Below, one piece after another: positions 11,373 through 22,110 of a stretch of DNA of 64,000 nucleotides (positions within the stretch are counted from its first letter, which is position 1; the number at the start of each line of letters is the position of its first letter). Origin of the DNA: a virus (lineage: Duplodnaviria; Caudoviricetes); the IMG/VR virus record IMGVR_UViG_3300017722_003538, positions 29,071 to 93,070 of that record; one strand, written 5' to 3'. Below the pieces are notes generated by a model. It ran no database searches. It was not told where the DNA came from and saw nothing but the letters and a program-made list of their open reading frames with translations. The translations under genes and the position numbers were made by a program.

Positions 11373-13712
11373 ATGGCTATTAATATAAAAGAACTTTTTG
11401 TAACCGACCTGAATCCAAACAGTAACTTCTGGTGGTCTAGAGACAAAGTCGATAAGATTAATTATAATTTTAATCAGCTTTCAAATGGTGGTATGCCAGG
11501 CCCTCAGGGTACTATCGGAGTAGATGGAGGGTTTGGTCCTATAGGAAATCAAGGAGACACTGGGTATCAAGGACCTCAGGGATACCAGGGACCTCAAGGT
11601 GAGGGTAGTTTAAATGATTGGGTTTATTTTCCAGAATCCGGAGGTCTGCCGGGGTATTTATATCCTAGAAAAAATCCTGTTGGAATCGACCAAACCACAC
11701 CAGTTGCCCTAAGAATAGGATATTTAGAAAATCCACAAGACCCTGAGTACTTAGTAGGAGAAACACCTACTGATACTCCAATTCAAATTGTAAAAGCTCC
11801 AAATAGCTCTTGGGTTAATTTCAGAGTAGAAGACAATAATAATATAAATGGTTACAGTTTCAGTTTTAAAGGTTCTGACTTAAACCCTGAATTTGAAATT
11901 TCTCCAAATATGAGCGGTGCCCGATTTCAAATTATTTGGAATGCTCAAACTATAGTATTGAGAACTGGAACCAACCCTAATTCATTAATTGATTCGATTA
12001 AGATTACTGATTCTCAAATTACTATCAATGGACCGATATTTAATTTAAGTAATGTTTTAGGTAAATTTACAAAATCTGAAGACGAATTTAGATATACACC
12101 AGGAGCTAATATAAATAAAGTTCTAGTTTCAATAAATGCAAATGGTGATGTTGAGTGGAAAAATATTAAGGATGTTTTTGGGACATTTCCAATTGGTTCT
12201 ATAATTTCAATTAGAGAGAGTGAATTTATACCTGCTCATTTTTGGTTAAATGATTCTATTAATGTAACATCAGGTTCTCCATTAAATAATATTTATGGAC
12301 GAGGAAAGGCAGGTACTGATTATGAAGGATGGTACCTTTGTAATGGAGAGACTTGGGAAACAGAACAAGGGTTTAACCAAACACTAACACCAAATCTAAA
12401 TAATTTTAGTTATACTATAGATGCAAATGGAGATGTACAAAATCTAATTACCGTCCCTGAAGATAACCCAGTTTTAATCGGTGGATATGACCTGAGAATT
12501 GCAGTAATACCAGATATGAATGGACTATATGATGTTCAATATACTACTCCATTCCTATCTAATAATACTTCTCCTGGAAATAACACGATTTCTATGGAAA
12601 CAGCAACCGGAGGTGCGCATTATACAAGTCGAATGATTCATCTTGTTTATCTAGAAAGAACAGATTTAAAATGGTCAAATACCGGAGTTTTTGCACCGCC
12701 TGTTTCTACAACTCAAATTCTTTTAACTCAACCTCAAAATTTAATACTGTGTGATGAAGCACCTGGTTTTGATTACAGTTGGACCGGTCCTAACCCATTA
12801 GTTTGGAATACATTTTCACCTCTTTCCTTATATAGTCTATTTAATTTAGGTACCACAAATTTTGCTCCGGCTGGATGGTATATTAATATCGATGGATATC
12901 CAATATACTGGAATGGTACAAACTTTACACAAAGAGGAACTACATGTATCAGTGCACCACCACCTGATCCTAATACCACACCTAATCTTACATATAGTTT
13001 ATTAGTAGATGACTTAAATGGACCAGTGCCTGGCTTTGGTGGTGACCTTCTATATCTAGATACAACTTCAACTGTGGGTGCACATGTAAGTTTAGCATTG
13101 GCAACAGGTTTATTCTGGTCCGATGACCAAACAGTATATCCAACTGGAGACCCTGCACCTACTGGATGGTATCGAGATGTAGATACTGGACTTAGAAGAT
13201 ATTGGAATCAAGGTACACAAAGTTTTGAAGGTGTTTCATTTAATCAAGATTATGTTAATAGAGTTCGATTTGAATTTGGTGAATTTAGTCCAGGTTACAA
13301 CAATGCGCTAGGAAACCAAACAACTTTTGACTCAAATGGAAATCCGGTTACTACTAGTATTTGTAACCAAGAACAAGAGATACATCTAACATATGTTGCA
13401 GGAAACTTAAATTTACTTAATAGTACAGGGGTAATTACCCACACAAATAATGTTAGAAATTACCAAAATAATCTGGGACTTTACCAAAATCCTCCAGCCA
13501 ACGGTACAGGTCTATTTGTTACAGTTCAATGGCAAACGCCGATGATGGATATTAACGGTGAAGTAGTAAATACTCCACCTTTGATAAATGTAAAAGACCA
13601 AAATAGACCATTTGCAACAAATAAATATACTAAAGTCTATATGGATGGATCCGATTATGGTACAATAGCATCGACGACTGGTAAAATACAAAATATCTTG
13701 GGTTGTCCTTAA
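11373..13712 (+). CDS. Collagen-repeat tail fibre protein 1
   Basis: DKINYNFNQL-NGG N-terminus, about 13 Gly-X-Y triplets, tail-collar-like GSIISI...GWYLCNG...PNLN. Confidence 0.75.
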   Translation: MAINIKELFVTDLNPNSNFWWSRDKVDKINYNFNQLSNGGMPGPQGTIGVDGGFGPIGNQGDTGYQGPQGYQGPQGEGSLNDWVYFPESGGLPGYLYPRKNPVGIDQTTPVALRIGYLENPQDPEYLVGETPTDTPIQIVKAPNSSWVNFRVEDNNNINGYSFSFKGSDLNPEFEISPNMSGARFQIIWNAQTIVLRTGTNPNSLIDSIKITDSQITINGPIFNLSNVLGKFTKSEDEFRYTPGANINKVLVSINANGDVEWKNIKDVFGTFPIGSIISIRESEFIPAHFWLNDSINVTSGSPLNNIYGRGKAGTDYEGWYLCNGETWETEQGFNQTLTPNLNNFSYTIDANGDVQNLITVPEDNPVLIGGYDLRIAVIPDMNGLYDVQYTTPFLSNNTSPGNNTISMETATGGAHYTSRMIHLVYLERTDLKWSNTGVFAPPVSTTQILLTQPQNLILCDEAPGFDYSWTGPNPLVWNTFSPLSLYSLFNLGTTNFAPAGWYINIDGYPIYWNGTNFTQRGTTCISAPPPDPNTTPNLTYSLLVDDLNGPVPGFGGDLLYLDTTSTVGAHVSLALATGLFWSDDQTVYPTGDPAPTGWYRDVDTGLRRYWNQGTQSFEGVSFNQDYVNRVRFEFGEFSPGYNNALGNQTTFDSNGNPVTTSICNQEQEIHLTYVAGNLNLLNSTGVITHTNNVRNYQNNLGLYQNPPANGTGLFVTVQWQTPMMDINGEVVNTPPLINVKDQNRPFATNKYTKVYMDGSDYGTIASTTGKIQNILGCP

Positions 13713-13733
13713 TTAAAATAATATATAGTCTAT

Positions 13734-15119
13734 ATGACAATTAACCTTAAACAAATAAGAGTATTAGATACTAATAATATCAAGCTTGACAAAATTAATT
13801 ATAATTTTGACCAGTTAATTGTCAATGGTGGAGGTCCTAAAGGTTACAATGGTCCAGATGGACCACTAGGTCCTCAAGGATTTCAAGGAGCATTAGGTAA
13901 TCAAGGAGATAGAGGACCTCAAGGACCTCAAGGACCAGATGCATCGTCTTCATCTTCATATTGGGATGTTGTTCCTCAAAATTTAACAACTGGAGATGTT
14001 GCGGCAACCCTATTTTCAAAGCATCCTATCGGATCGCCAACCCCAACCTTTCCAACAGTTGTCGGTGCTGGTTATATAGATTCAGAAAACGGATATGATG
14101 CAATACCGAGTCCAAATAATGGTTTACCTAATTATCAATGGATTATTAATAGAAGGAGTGCTAAAGTTTCTAGTAATTTAAGATTCACAAGTGCTGGAGT
14201 TATAGGGAATGCATTTGATATTACAATGGATAATTCTGCGCCAATATCATCTCCAACAACATACAAACTGCGTTTAGGTTTTATTAATGATACCATAGAC
14301 TCTCAATTAAATTTACAAGCTAAAGAACATATTATTAGAAGTGTTACTGGAACTGGAGCCGATTTATTAAAGGTTTCAAATACGGGTGGAGAGATTAATG
14401 TCGATACTGTTTTTGAAAATCCAGTTAAATTAAATCAGCAATTAACTGTTAAAAATTCTGGTGAGGGTGTTAACAAAGTTGCAGCTGCGATTGATAGTAC
14501 AGGAGAGATAGAATTTAAAACAACAGCAGAACTTGGAGGTTCCGTTAAAATCGGTACAATAATTTCTATATTGCCTTCAATATTTAGCGACTCATCAAAA
14601 TTTGTATGTGCTCAAACAATAGATTCAAGTACTGACCCAAATAATCCATTAAAAATAAGGATGGGCGCCGGTCTTGGAGATTATGCAGGTTGGTATGTTT
14701 GTAATGGACAATCATGGACAGATGGAAGCAGTTCTGGAACATTAGTTCCAGACCTTAATTCATTTTCATACCAAATTGTTTCGAATCCGATTACTGATAA
14801 TTTGAATAGTCAAGGTACAGTTAACGTAACCAATGATGAAGTTCATCTAATTGGAGGAGCTAATATTGAAGTTGTCGTAGACCAGACTAACCCACCAGGA
14901 TCGAGTAGTGCGATGTATGTCAATACTCTTGATGATAACTCATTTGACCCAGAAATCGCAACAAATACTGCAGGAAACATATTCAATATTAAAAAGCTTC
15001 CTCAAATTATTTATCTAGGATCCACAAATTTATATTGGTCACAATTAGGAACCGGACAACTTACAACATCAGATTATAATTCATCTGATTATAATGTTGC
15101 AGATTTTGACGCATCTTAA
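13734..15119 (+). CDS. Collagen-repeat tail fibre protein 2
   Basis: Paralogous N-terminus DKINYNFDQL, about 12 Gly-X-Y triplets, GTIISI...GWYVCNG...PDLN. Confidence 0.75.
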   Translation: MTINLKQIRVLDTNNIKLDKINYNFDQLIVNGGGPKGYNGPDGPLGPQGFQGALGNQGDRGPQGPQGPDASSSSSYWDVVPQNLTTGDVAATLFSKHPIGSPTPTFPTVVGAGYIDSENGYDAIPSPNNGLPNYQWIINRRSAKVSSNLRFTSAGVIGNAFDITMDNSAPISSPTTYKLRLGFINDTIDSQLNLQAKEHIIRSVTGTGADLLKVSNTGGEINVDTVFENPVKLNQQLTVKNSGEGVNKVAAAIDSTGEIEFKTTAELGGSVKIGTIISILPSIFSDSSKFVCAQTIDSSTDPNNPLKIRMGAGLGDYAGWYVCNGQSWTDGSSSGTLVPDLNSFSYQIVSNPITDNLNSQGTVNVTNDEVHLIGGANIEVVVDQTNPPGSSSAMYVNTLDDNSFDPEIATNTAGNIFNIKKLPQIIYLGSTNLYWSQLGTGQLTTSDYNSSDYNVADFDAS

Positions 15120-15143
15120 AAATAAAAAATAAAAATTTAAAAC

Positions 15144-15806
15144 ATGGCAACATACAATTCAGTACTAACATTAATCCAAACCTTATTACAAACTAATAGT
15201 GATATAACAGCGACTGAACATCGACAGGTTGAAGAGGCTATTTTAACTTTTGCTAGAGACCAATGGTTAACTGGAGATATAAAAGAAGTCGATTGCGATA
15301 ACGCGTATATTGCACAAAATTTCGACAACACTGGAAAAGGAATAGTAGGTGGAGAAAGAGAGGGCTGGGCAATATGCAACGGACAAAATGGAACAAAAAA
15401 CCGAACAGGTTTGGTTTCTGTAGCTTATGGCTTAACTGCTCCTACACTAAATTCGGCAGCATTTCCAAGCATAGAAAGTGCACTTACACCAGGAGCTCCT
15501 AGGTATGGAGGTAATAAAAATGCGATATTGATTTCGCATAAACATGATTCTGTGGTATTTAGCAATTTAGCTGGTAATAAAACTTTAGCTAATAATGCAG
15601 GAAATGGCGCGCCACAACTGTCACAAACCGTTCACATGACCACAACCAACGTAAACGCTAATTCTCCAGCAAACGTAACATCTGTAAACGGAATAACAAA
15701 TACCGTTAATGATGTTTTCATCGAATCATCAACAGTAACCGGTGTCGATAAAAACATGCAACCATACATAGTTACCCTATTTATTCAAAAAATACCAAAC
15801 CCATAA
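15144..15806 (+). CDS. Tail-collar domain protein (short fibre/baseplate)
   Basis: GDIKEV...GWAICNGQNGT and C-terminal NMQPYIVTLFIQK are typical tail-collar family motifs. Confidence 0.7.
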   Translation: MATYNSVLTLIQTLLQTNSDITATEHRQVEEAILTFARDQWLTGDIKEVDCDNAYIAQNFDNTGKGIVGGEREGWAICNGQNGTKNRTGLVSVAYGLTAPTLNSAAFPSIESALTPGAPRYGGNKNAILISHKHDSVVFSNLAGNKTLANNAGNGAPQLSQTVHMTTTNVNANSPANVTSVNGITNTVNDVFIESSTVTGVDKNMQPYIVTLFIQKIPNP

Positions 15807-15849
15807 TACCTTCTAAAAATTAGAATATATAATCTAAATATAGATAGGT

Positions 15850-18297
15850 ATGCCAATTACTCTCAAACATATAAACTACTCAGATTCTGACACTATTAAA
15901 CTTGACAAAGTCAATTATAATTTTGATCAGTTAGTCGCAAATGGAGGAGGACCCTTGGGGCCTCAAGGTGCTATAGGACAGAGTGGACCTCAGGGTACAA
16001 CCGGACAACAAGGATTTCAAGGACCTATAGGAGACATTGGAAACCAAGGTACTCCAGGTCCTGTTACAGATAATTACTGGTACAAACCACCAACATCAAT
16101 TATTTTATTACCAACAAGCTCTACTGTTGATTATATAGTTCCAGTCTATACACCGCTAGACCAATTTGCACCTGTTGTAAATATTGGGTATATTGATACA
16201 GAGGCCCAGTACGGAACAAAAGAGGCTCTTGTTGGAGGAAAAACCCCATATCAATGGTTAATTAATCGAAAAGCATATTCAAGTTCAAATTTAACACTAT
16301 TAAATGGTGATTCTCTTGGAAACGGTATTGATTTTAAATTAGAAAAAAGTCTAGGAAAGGACAAATTAACTATAGGTTTTATTAATTATAGTAATTCTAC
16401 AAAAAGTATTTATAAGGCAGCTATAACATTTTTTAAAGGTACTAACATTTCGTCAGATACCTTAGTAGTTGATGATGGTTCTGCTAAATTTAGAACAAAT
16501 ACAGAAATTAATTCACCTGTTATTGTTCATCGAAGGTTAATTATTCAAGATCCAACAGCAGGTACTAATAAAATTGTTATTTCAGAAGACTCAACGGGTC
16601 TTGCTAAATTTAAAAGTGTGCAAGAACTTGGAGGAACTGTTCCATACGGTACTATAGTTTCAATATTACCTTCTGTATTTTTAAATAACAATAATTTTAT
16701 TAACAGCGAAACTGTTAACCCTGGATCTGGTGTTGTCACTATATCAGTAGGTAAAGGAGTTAACAATTATGATGGATGGTATCTTTGTCACGGCAAGGAC
16801 TGGACCGACGGTACACCTGCAGGAACATATCCAGTTCCTATGTTAGGAAATTTTAACTATGCTATAGAAGATAATCCATTTTCAACGGATCCATCTAGTC
16901 AAGGTGGTAAAACTACTTCAAATTTTAGAACGCATATTACTGGAGGTTCTGATATAGATATGACCGCGACTTCGGCTCCGGGAATGGTTTATAATATTAC
17001 ATCTACTGTTAGTACATCAACAGTTCAGGTAGGTCCTGGTAGCGGATCAATTTATAAAATTAAACAACTACCTCAAATTATTTATTTGGGTAGAAGTGAT
17101 TTATATTGGTTTGACCCTGGAAGCGGACAAGCGCCTTCAGTACCAGTATCGTGGTTATTAGATGATTCAAACCCAAACCCATCAAAATTAAACCCGGATC
17201 CTTACCCATTAGGTACAGTAGGAAATCAACCTGAAGGTGCTTCATATTCTTTTGCATCTGAAGTTGAGACTCCAAATGGATATTACTGGGAGAGAGTGCC
17301 AACCCCTGGAGATATTACCGGAGTTCCAACGTGGGCTACAATTACTAGTATATCTTTAGTTCCAGGTCAGGGAGCATATCCAACGAGAATTGCAATAAGT
17401 ATTAGTGTAAGTTCGCATCCAGCAGCTTCGCAAAATCAATCACCAGTAAACTTAGGTATTAATACAAACCAATCTGGTAATGTTTTTATTGAACCAGCTA
17501 CTGTACAAATAACACTTGTTAGACAAGACCTTGGAACACAATATTATACATGTTCTACACCAAATACAACAGCTATACAATACAATTTTAATACAGGTTA
17601 TAATTATCAATTAGTATTTACAGCAGCGGCAGGACAAAAATTTTACAATTCTCAATTTCAAGGTATATTTTCCGGAGTTTCCTATACTGGAGGGATATTT
17701 TTTGCGCCACCCTTAGGAGCTGGTGTTATAACTATTTTAAATTGGGCGGTATCAAATAATGATACAACTTTAACCGTAAACCTTAAATTAGATCAAGTCC
17801 CACTTACTGGTTATTTAACAACACAGGGATATGCAATAACAGCCGTTACATATCCTACTGCCCCAAGAATTACTACTCCAATTAACGCTATTGCTGAAAT
17901 TACATCATCAAATGGAACAGGAATAGTTACTAAAAATCTTGCAATTGACAATGGAACCGGAGCTCCTGTTTATTTATGGATTGGAATATATCAATTTTAT
18001 ACAGGAAGCGGAATTAATGCAGCAGTAAATGCAGAAGCTAGCTTTACATATATAGATCCATTTCTAGGATTTCCATCTACTCAAACAATATCGGTTAGTG
18101 CACCTGCAACAACAACAAACACTCAATATTATAGTACTAATTCGTATCAATTAGGAGGAGGAGTTTTTAATATCCAATCAGTTACTTCTGCTTTTAAAAG
18201 ATTTGCAACAAGCGATGGCGGTCATACCGTAAAATTATTTTGGTCTACTTCTAGTTCGCCAACAGCACCAAAAACACAACTTATATATAGCCCATGA
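15850..18297 (+). CDS. Collagen-repeat tail fibre protein 3
   Basis: DKVNYNFDQL-NGG, about 13 Gly-X-Y triplets, GTIVSI...GWYLCHG, variable beta-rich C-terminus. Confidence 0.75.
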   Translation: MPITLKHINYSDSDTIKLDKVNYNFDQLVANGGGPLGPQGAIGQSGPQGTTGQQGFQGPIGDIGNQGTPGPVTDNYWYKPPTSIILLPTSSTVDYIVPVYTPLDQFAPVVNIGYIDTEAQYGTKEALVGGKTPYQWLINRKAYSSSNLTLLNGDSLGNGIDFKLEKSLGKDKLTIGFINYSNSTKSIYKAAITFFKGTNISSDTLVVDDGSAKFRTNTEINSPVIVHRRLIIQDPTAGTNKIVISEDSTGLAKFKSVQELGGTVPYGTIVSILPSVFLNNNNFINSETVNPGSGVVTISVGKGVNNYDGWYLCHGKDWTDGTPAGTYPVPMLGNFNYAIEDNPFSTDPSSQGGKTTSNFRTHITGGSDIDMTATSAPGMVYNITSTVSTSTVQVGPGSGSIYKIKQLPQIIYLGRSDLYWFDPGSGQAPSVPVSWLLDDSNPNPSKLNPDPYPLGTVGNQPEGASYSFASEVETPNGYYWERVPTPGDITGVPTWATITSISLVPGQGAYPTRIAISISVSSHPAASQNQSPVNLGINTNQSGNVFIEPATVQITLVRQDLGTQYYTCSTPNTTAIQYNFNTGYNYQLVFTAAAGQKFYNSQFQGIFSGVSYTGGIFFAPPLGAGVITILNWAVSNNDTTLTVNLKLDQVPLTGYLTTQGYAITAVTYPTAPRITTPINAIAEITSSNGTGIVTKNLAIDNGTGAPVYLWIGIYQFYTGSGINAAVNAEASFTYIDPFLGFPSTQTISVSAPATTTNTQYYSTNSYQLGGGVFNIQSVTSAFKRFATSDGGHTVKLFWSTSSSPTAPKTQLIYSP

Positions 18298-19109
18298 TAG
18301 ACTTTAAAAAATACATACCGACAAACCGAAACATTATCCTATTTGGAGCCATAGTAATATTGGTTTTATTACTAATGCAACAATGTGATAGAAATGCAAC
18401 TCTTAAAGAGGAAGCCACAACTGCTCAAGGGATTGCAACCCGAAATTTTAACAATTATAAAGCGTCACAAGATACTATTAAGTTTGAAAGAAACAAGAAT
18501 GGTCAATTAGTTGCTATTAAATTGGCTTATGAATTTGATATTAATACTCTAACCGCTGAAAATAAGAGGGTTATTGGTGATTATCAAAGGGCTCTAGGTC
18601 TTAATAAAGACCTTAAGGGTGTAAATTCACTCTTAAGAGCCGAAATCAAAATCAAAGATTCTATCATTAATGCCCGAAGTTCAGTTGCAACTACAAGTGA
18701 TTCAACTGCTACCGTTTCGATTAGTGATGAAAAAAAATGGGATAAATATAATTGGAGAACCTTTAATGGAACTGTTGACCTTTTAAGGGATAAAAAGACA
18801 AACACCATTAGTGTTGTTTCAAATAAATTTAACTTTGAGCAAGGAATTGAACTTAAGGCTGCAATTATAAACGAAGAGGGTATTAACAAGTTAAAAATTA
18901 CATCACCTTCCCCTGGAGTTCTATTTACTAATATTGAAAATATTAACCTGGTTAACGACAAACTGAACCAAAAACATGAAAAAAAGGCAGGTTGGTCTCT
19001 TGGAGTTGGAGTTGGTTATGGAATTAACCTCAACAATAATCAAGTAATTAGTATCGGACCATCGATAAATGTAGGACTTATATGGTCTCCAAAGTGGCTT
19101 AGGTTTTAA
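18294..19109 (+). CDS. Membrane-anchored protein with coiled coil and C-terminal beta-hairpin (possible spanin-like lysis protein)
   Basis: N-terminal hydrophobic IILFGAIVILVLLLMQQC; C-terminal WSLGVGVGYG...GLIWSPKWLRF. Confidence 0.45.
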   Translation: MIDFKKYIPTNRNIILFGAIVILVLLLMQQCDRNATLKEEATTAQGIATRNFNNYKASQDTIKFERNKNGQLVAIKLAYEFDINTLTAENKRVIGDYQRALGLNKDLKGVNSLLRAEIKIKDSIINARSSVATTSDSTATVSISDEKKWDKYNWRTFNGTVDLLRDKKTNTISVVSNKFNFEQGIELKAAIINEEGINKLKITSPSPGVLFTNIENINLVNDKLNQKHEKKAGWSLGVGVGYGINLNNNQVISIGPSINVGLIWSPKWLRF

Positions 19110-19123
19110 AAAATTATAGAGTA

Positions 19124-21184
19124 ATGGCAAAATCATCAAGATTCGTTAAATTAGACGAAGACGTATTATTAGAATTCATGTATCATGACCAATCAGAACC
19201 TGATTTGGTTAAAATTGAGAATGACAATAATGGAAGTCAAATCAAGTATTTAGATACAATTGATGGTGACACTAGTGCTTCGAGGTTTTTAATACATGAA
19301 CTTGGATCAGATGTTGTAGAATTTACAGTGACAACCTCGAATGGATTTGTTGTTATTAATAGTTTTGCATCTCGCGCCCTATTACTAAAAAATGGAAGTA
19401 CTTATAAATTTGACCTAAGTGATGGTACTATAAATAACCCAGCAGGATTTAATATTCCTGGTGGTGGAGGTTTTCTATCGGGAACGACATACATTTATAC
19501 TCCAACAACTAATGGTAAATATGCATACACTTATACCAATTTAGCAGGAGTTGAATTCTCTGGAGGAGAAATCCAAGTATCTGACCGTGCAAGTTCACTA
19601 TTTTCAGTTCCTTTTGCAGAAACTGGAAATGATATTAGAACCGCACCTGGACAGTCTGGAAGATACTATGCAGTTCCAACAGAAGAAGCAAGCACATGGG
19701 CCATTCTACAAAATAACCTTGATTATCTAGATTCAACTGAATGGTTAGGAACCAATTCCAATGATTTACAACCCGTTGCTATTGGAGATGTTGCAGCAGT
19801 ATGGTATGACACTATAAGATTACACTTAAGAACAGGGTACTCATTTAACGGTAGAGGATACGATGGATTCTTATTCCAAACCAAGGTTAAAAGAAACTCT
19901 GGAGTCTATAATTATTTTAATTCAACGGTTTATTTAAATCAGTCAAATTTTGAAATTCAAAACCCAAATCCATTTATATTAGGGGAGTCTTCATATTCTA
20001 AGTATATTGAAATCAAAGTACCTTCATTGGTTGATATGTTTTCAGTTGCTACAAATGAAGAATTTAAAGATACATTCTTTGCACCTTCAGGTGTTGATTC
20101 AATTCCACCAACCGCAAATTATGAATTTGATTTTAAATTAATTGATAGTGTAGTTACTCTTAGTGGTTATGATTACATTAAATTAGCAGAAGGAAAATCG
20201 CTAACCCTAGCCCAAGAGGACGAATACGCTGATATCGTTGTTAATGTCGAACATGCAAATGATGGAGACTATTTTAAAATCTATGGTACTTATAATGGAG
20301 ACCAAGCCGCTTTTGAAAATTATATAACAGGTAGAATTGCAACATCAGGAGATGACATTACTATATTTTATGAAGTTCAAGTTGCTGAACAGCTGGGTCT
20401 TAATTACATTAATACGTTCAATAATACATTTACACAAACTTCAAATTATGATGAGGCAATCGTATTTAGACCCGTTATTTTAAATTCATCAGTATCAAGT
20501 AACTTCTTGATAACTGTTAACATGAGAATTTATAACGAAACTGATAATACTCAAATTGTAAAAACCGCTTCTCTAATATATACACAACCTAAAAAGTACG
20601 GTAAAAAATTACTAAAACTGGCTCTTAATTCAAATTTTGCTCCAAGTGTAGTTTACAATACCCTACCAAATACAAGCGTTAACCGAGAATTGAATCAATT
20701 TGTAAATTCTATTCGACCTAGTGTTGGAGAAACTAAATATGTTCCTGTAGCCCTTGATACTTATAGAATTATGGGTGGAAGTACTCAAGTAACAGTTGAT
20801 GGAGCCGCGGTAAATGATATAACTTCGATGGATTACAAAAAAGAGGGAGATGGAATTATTACACTTTCAAAAGTTTCTGATAATTACATTAAGTTTAAAG
20901 TTGCTCAACCTGACGGAGATTCTATGAAGAGTATTAGTCTTGTAAATGCCGAAGACCTAATACTTATTATTAAAAGTGGAACAATTGAACAACAAATATC
21001 GCACGACCCTAGTTTTCCAGGAGTGGACTTAGGAATCGGAGAAGTTTTCTTTAAAGTACCAAAAAGTGTAGCAGTCCGATTTGACCAAAGTGATACGAAT
21101 CAAACGTCAGACAAATTTTATATTAACATTAAAAACGGAAGTACTGAATCACTATTGTACTACGGAACAGTAAACATCATATAA
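19124..21184 (+). CDS. Putative virion structural protein
   Basis: 686 aa, beta-rich, stop overlaps start of the tail-tube-like gene. Confidence 0.45.
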   Translation: MAKSSRFVKLDEDVLLEFMYHDQSEPDLVKIENDNNGSQIKYLDTIDGDTSASRFLIHELGSDVVEFTVTTSNGFVVINSFASRALLLKNGSTYKFDLSDGTINNPAGFNIPGGGGFLSGTTYIYTPTTNGKYAYTYTNLAGVEFSGGEIQVSDRASSLFSVPFAETGNDIRTAPGQSGRYYAVPTEEASTWAILQNNLDYLDSTEWLGTNSNDLQPVAIGDVAAVWYDTIRLHLRTGYSFNGRGYDGFLFQTKVKRNSGVYNYFNSTVYLNQSNFEIQNPNPFILGESSYSKYIEIKVPSLVDMFSVATNEEFKDTFFAPSGVDSIPPTANYEFDFKLIDSVVTLSGYDYIKLAEGKSLTLAQEDEYADIVVNVEHANDGDYFKIYGTYNGDQAAFENYITGRIATSGDDITIFYEVQVAEQLGLNYINTFNNTFTQTSNYDEAIVFRPVILNSSVSSNFLITVNMRIYNETDNTQIVKTASLIYTQPKKYGKKLLKLALNSNFAPSVVYNTLPNTSVNRELNQFVNSIRPSVGETKYVPVALDTYRIMGGSTQVTVDGAAVNDITSMDYKKEGDGIITLSKVSDNYIKFKVAQPDGDSMKSISLVNAEDLILIIKSGTIEQQISHDPSFPGVDLGIGEVFFKVPKSVAVRFDQSDTNQTSDKFYINIKNGSTESLLYYGTVNII

Positions 21185-21738
21185 TGATATTAAATAGTAG
21201 AAATAATTTATTCAATTTTAAGTTTCCTAGGACTTTTATTCCTAAGGAGGTAGCTGAGAAATATCGAAAGTATTTGAATAGACTTCCAGGTAATTTAATT
21301 ACTGAACCTATTGATTTTATAAATTACTCAATTCAAGGTGTTGGTCTTCCAGGAATCAGTTTTGACCCAATCGAAACCTCACCAAATGACGGTACAATAA
21401 CATATCATAGAGGTTCGATTCCAATACAAAATACAATCGATAGACAGTTCAAAGTAACAATGCAACTCCTTGATGGTTATATAAATTATTGGATTATGCA
21501 GGACACCCTACTATATTACTATTCGAAGGGGGTTAAAGATCCGTTTATCAACGACATTAAACTTCAGATAATGGACGCAGAAGGAATTCACCTTATGAGC
21601 GCTGTTTTTGAAAAACCAATACTTAATTCAATTTCAGACCTTGAGTTAAATATGAGTTCAAATATTGCAGAATTTACGACGTTTGAACTGAACTTTTATT
21701 ATAATAAATTCGACATAACATTAGAAATAGATAATTAA
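21184..21738 (+). CDS. Tail tube-fold protein (T4 gp19/gp54/gp3-like)
   Basis: IQGVGLPGISF...F.VTM.L.DG..NYW...ISDLELN...FTTFELNFYY pattern and size. Confidence 0.55.
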   Translation: MILNSRNNLFNFKFPRTFIPKEVAEKYRKYLNRLPGNLITEPIDFINYSIQGVGLPGISFDPIETSPNDGTITYHRGSIPIQNTIDRQFKVTMQLLDGYINYWIMQDTLLYYYSKGVKDPFINDIKLQIMDAEGIHLMSAVFEKPILNSISDLELNMSSNIAEFTTFELNFYYNKFDITLEIDN

Positions 21739-21739
21739 T

Positions 21740-22108
21740 ATGAAAACATTTTTAGATTACATAGCAGAACAGAACATAACTGAAAATGAGTTACAAGTAC
21801 TGAACGAATCCCTTCAAACTGAATGGACCGAAGAACTTGAAGCGAAAGTTGACGCTGCTCTAGAACAATTTTCAAATACTTATAAAAATCCTGATGGAAC
21901 CTATAATATCCAAGCGTTCAACGAAGAGATTACTAACGAAGGTGTTTTAGGTAGTATCTTTGGAGGACTTGCAGGTTTTGCTCTTGGTAAAACTATTGGG
22001 AAAACTATTGCCAATATCTTGGGAATCCAAAGTGGTATAATGTATGACATGTTAACCTCAAGACTAGTAGGAGCCGCTCTTGGTTCTTCTCTTGGTAGTA
22101 GATTATAA
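21740..22108 (+). CDS. Putative head-internal protein with capsid-targeting leader and glycine-zipper C-terminus
   Basis: MKTFLDYIAE resembles the T4 IPIII CTS MKTYQEFIAE; GxxxG-rich hydrophobic C-terminal half. Confidence 0.55.
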   Translation: MKTFLDYIAEQNITENELQVLNESLQTEWTEELEAKVDAALEQFSNTYKNPDGTYNIQAFNEEITNEGVLGSIFGGLAGFALGKTIGKTIANILGIQSGIMYDMLTSRLVGAALGSSLGSRL

Positions 22109-22110
22109 AT

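Noticed and set aside
11373-18297. Diversity-generating retroelement or invertible fibre-switching system
   Set aside because: No reverse transcriptase, invertase, template/variable repeat pair or flanking inverted repeats seen in the window
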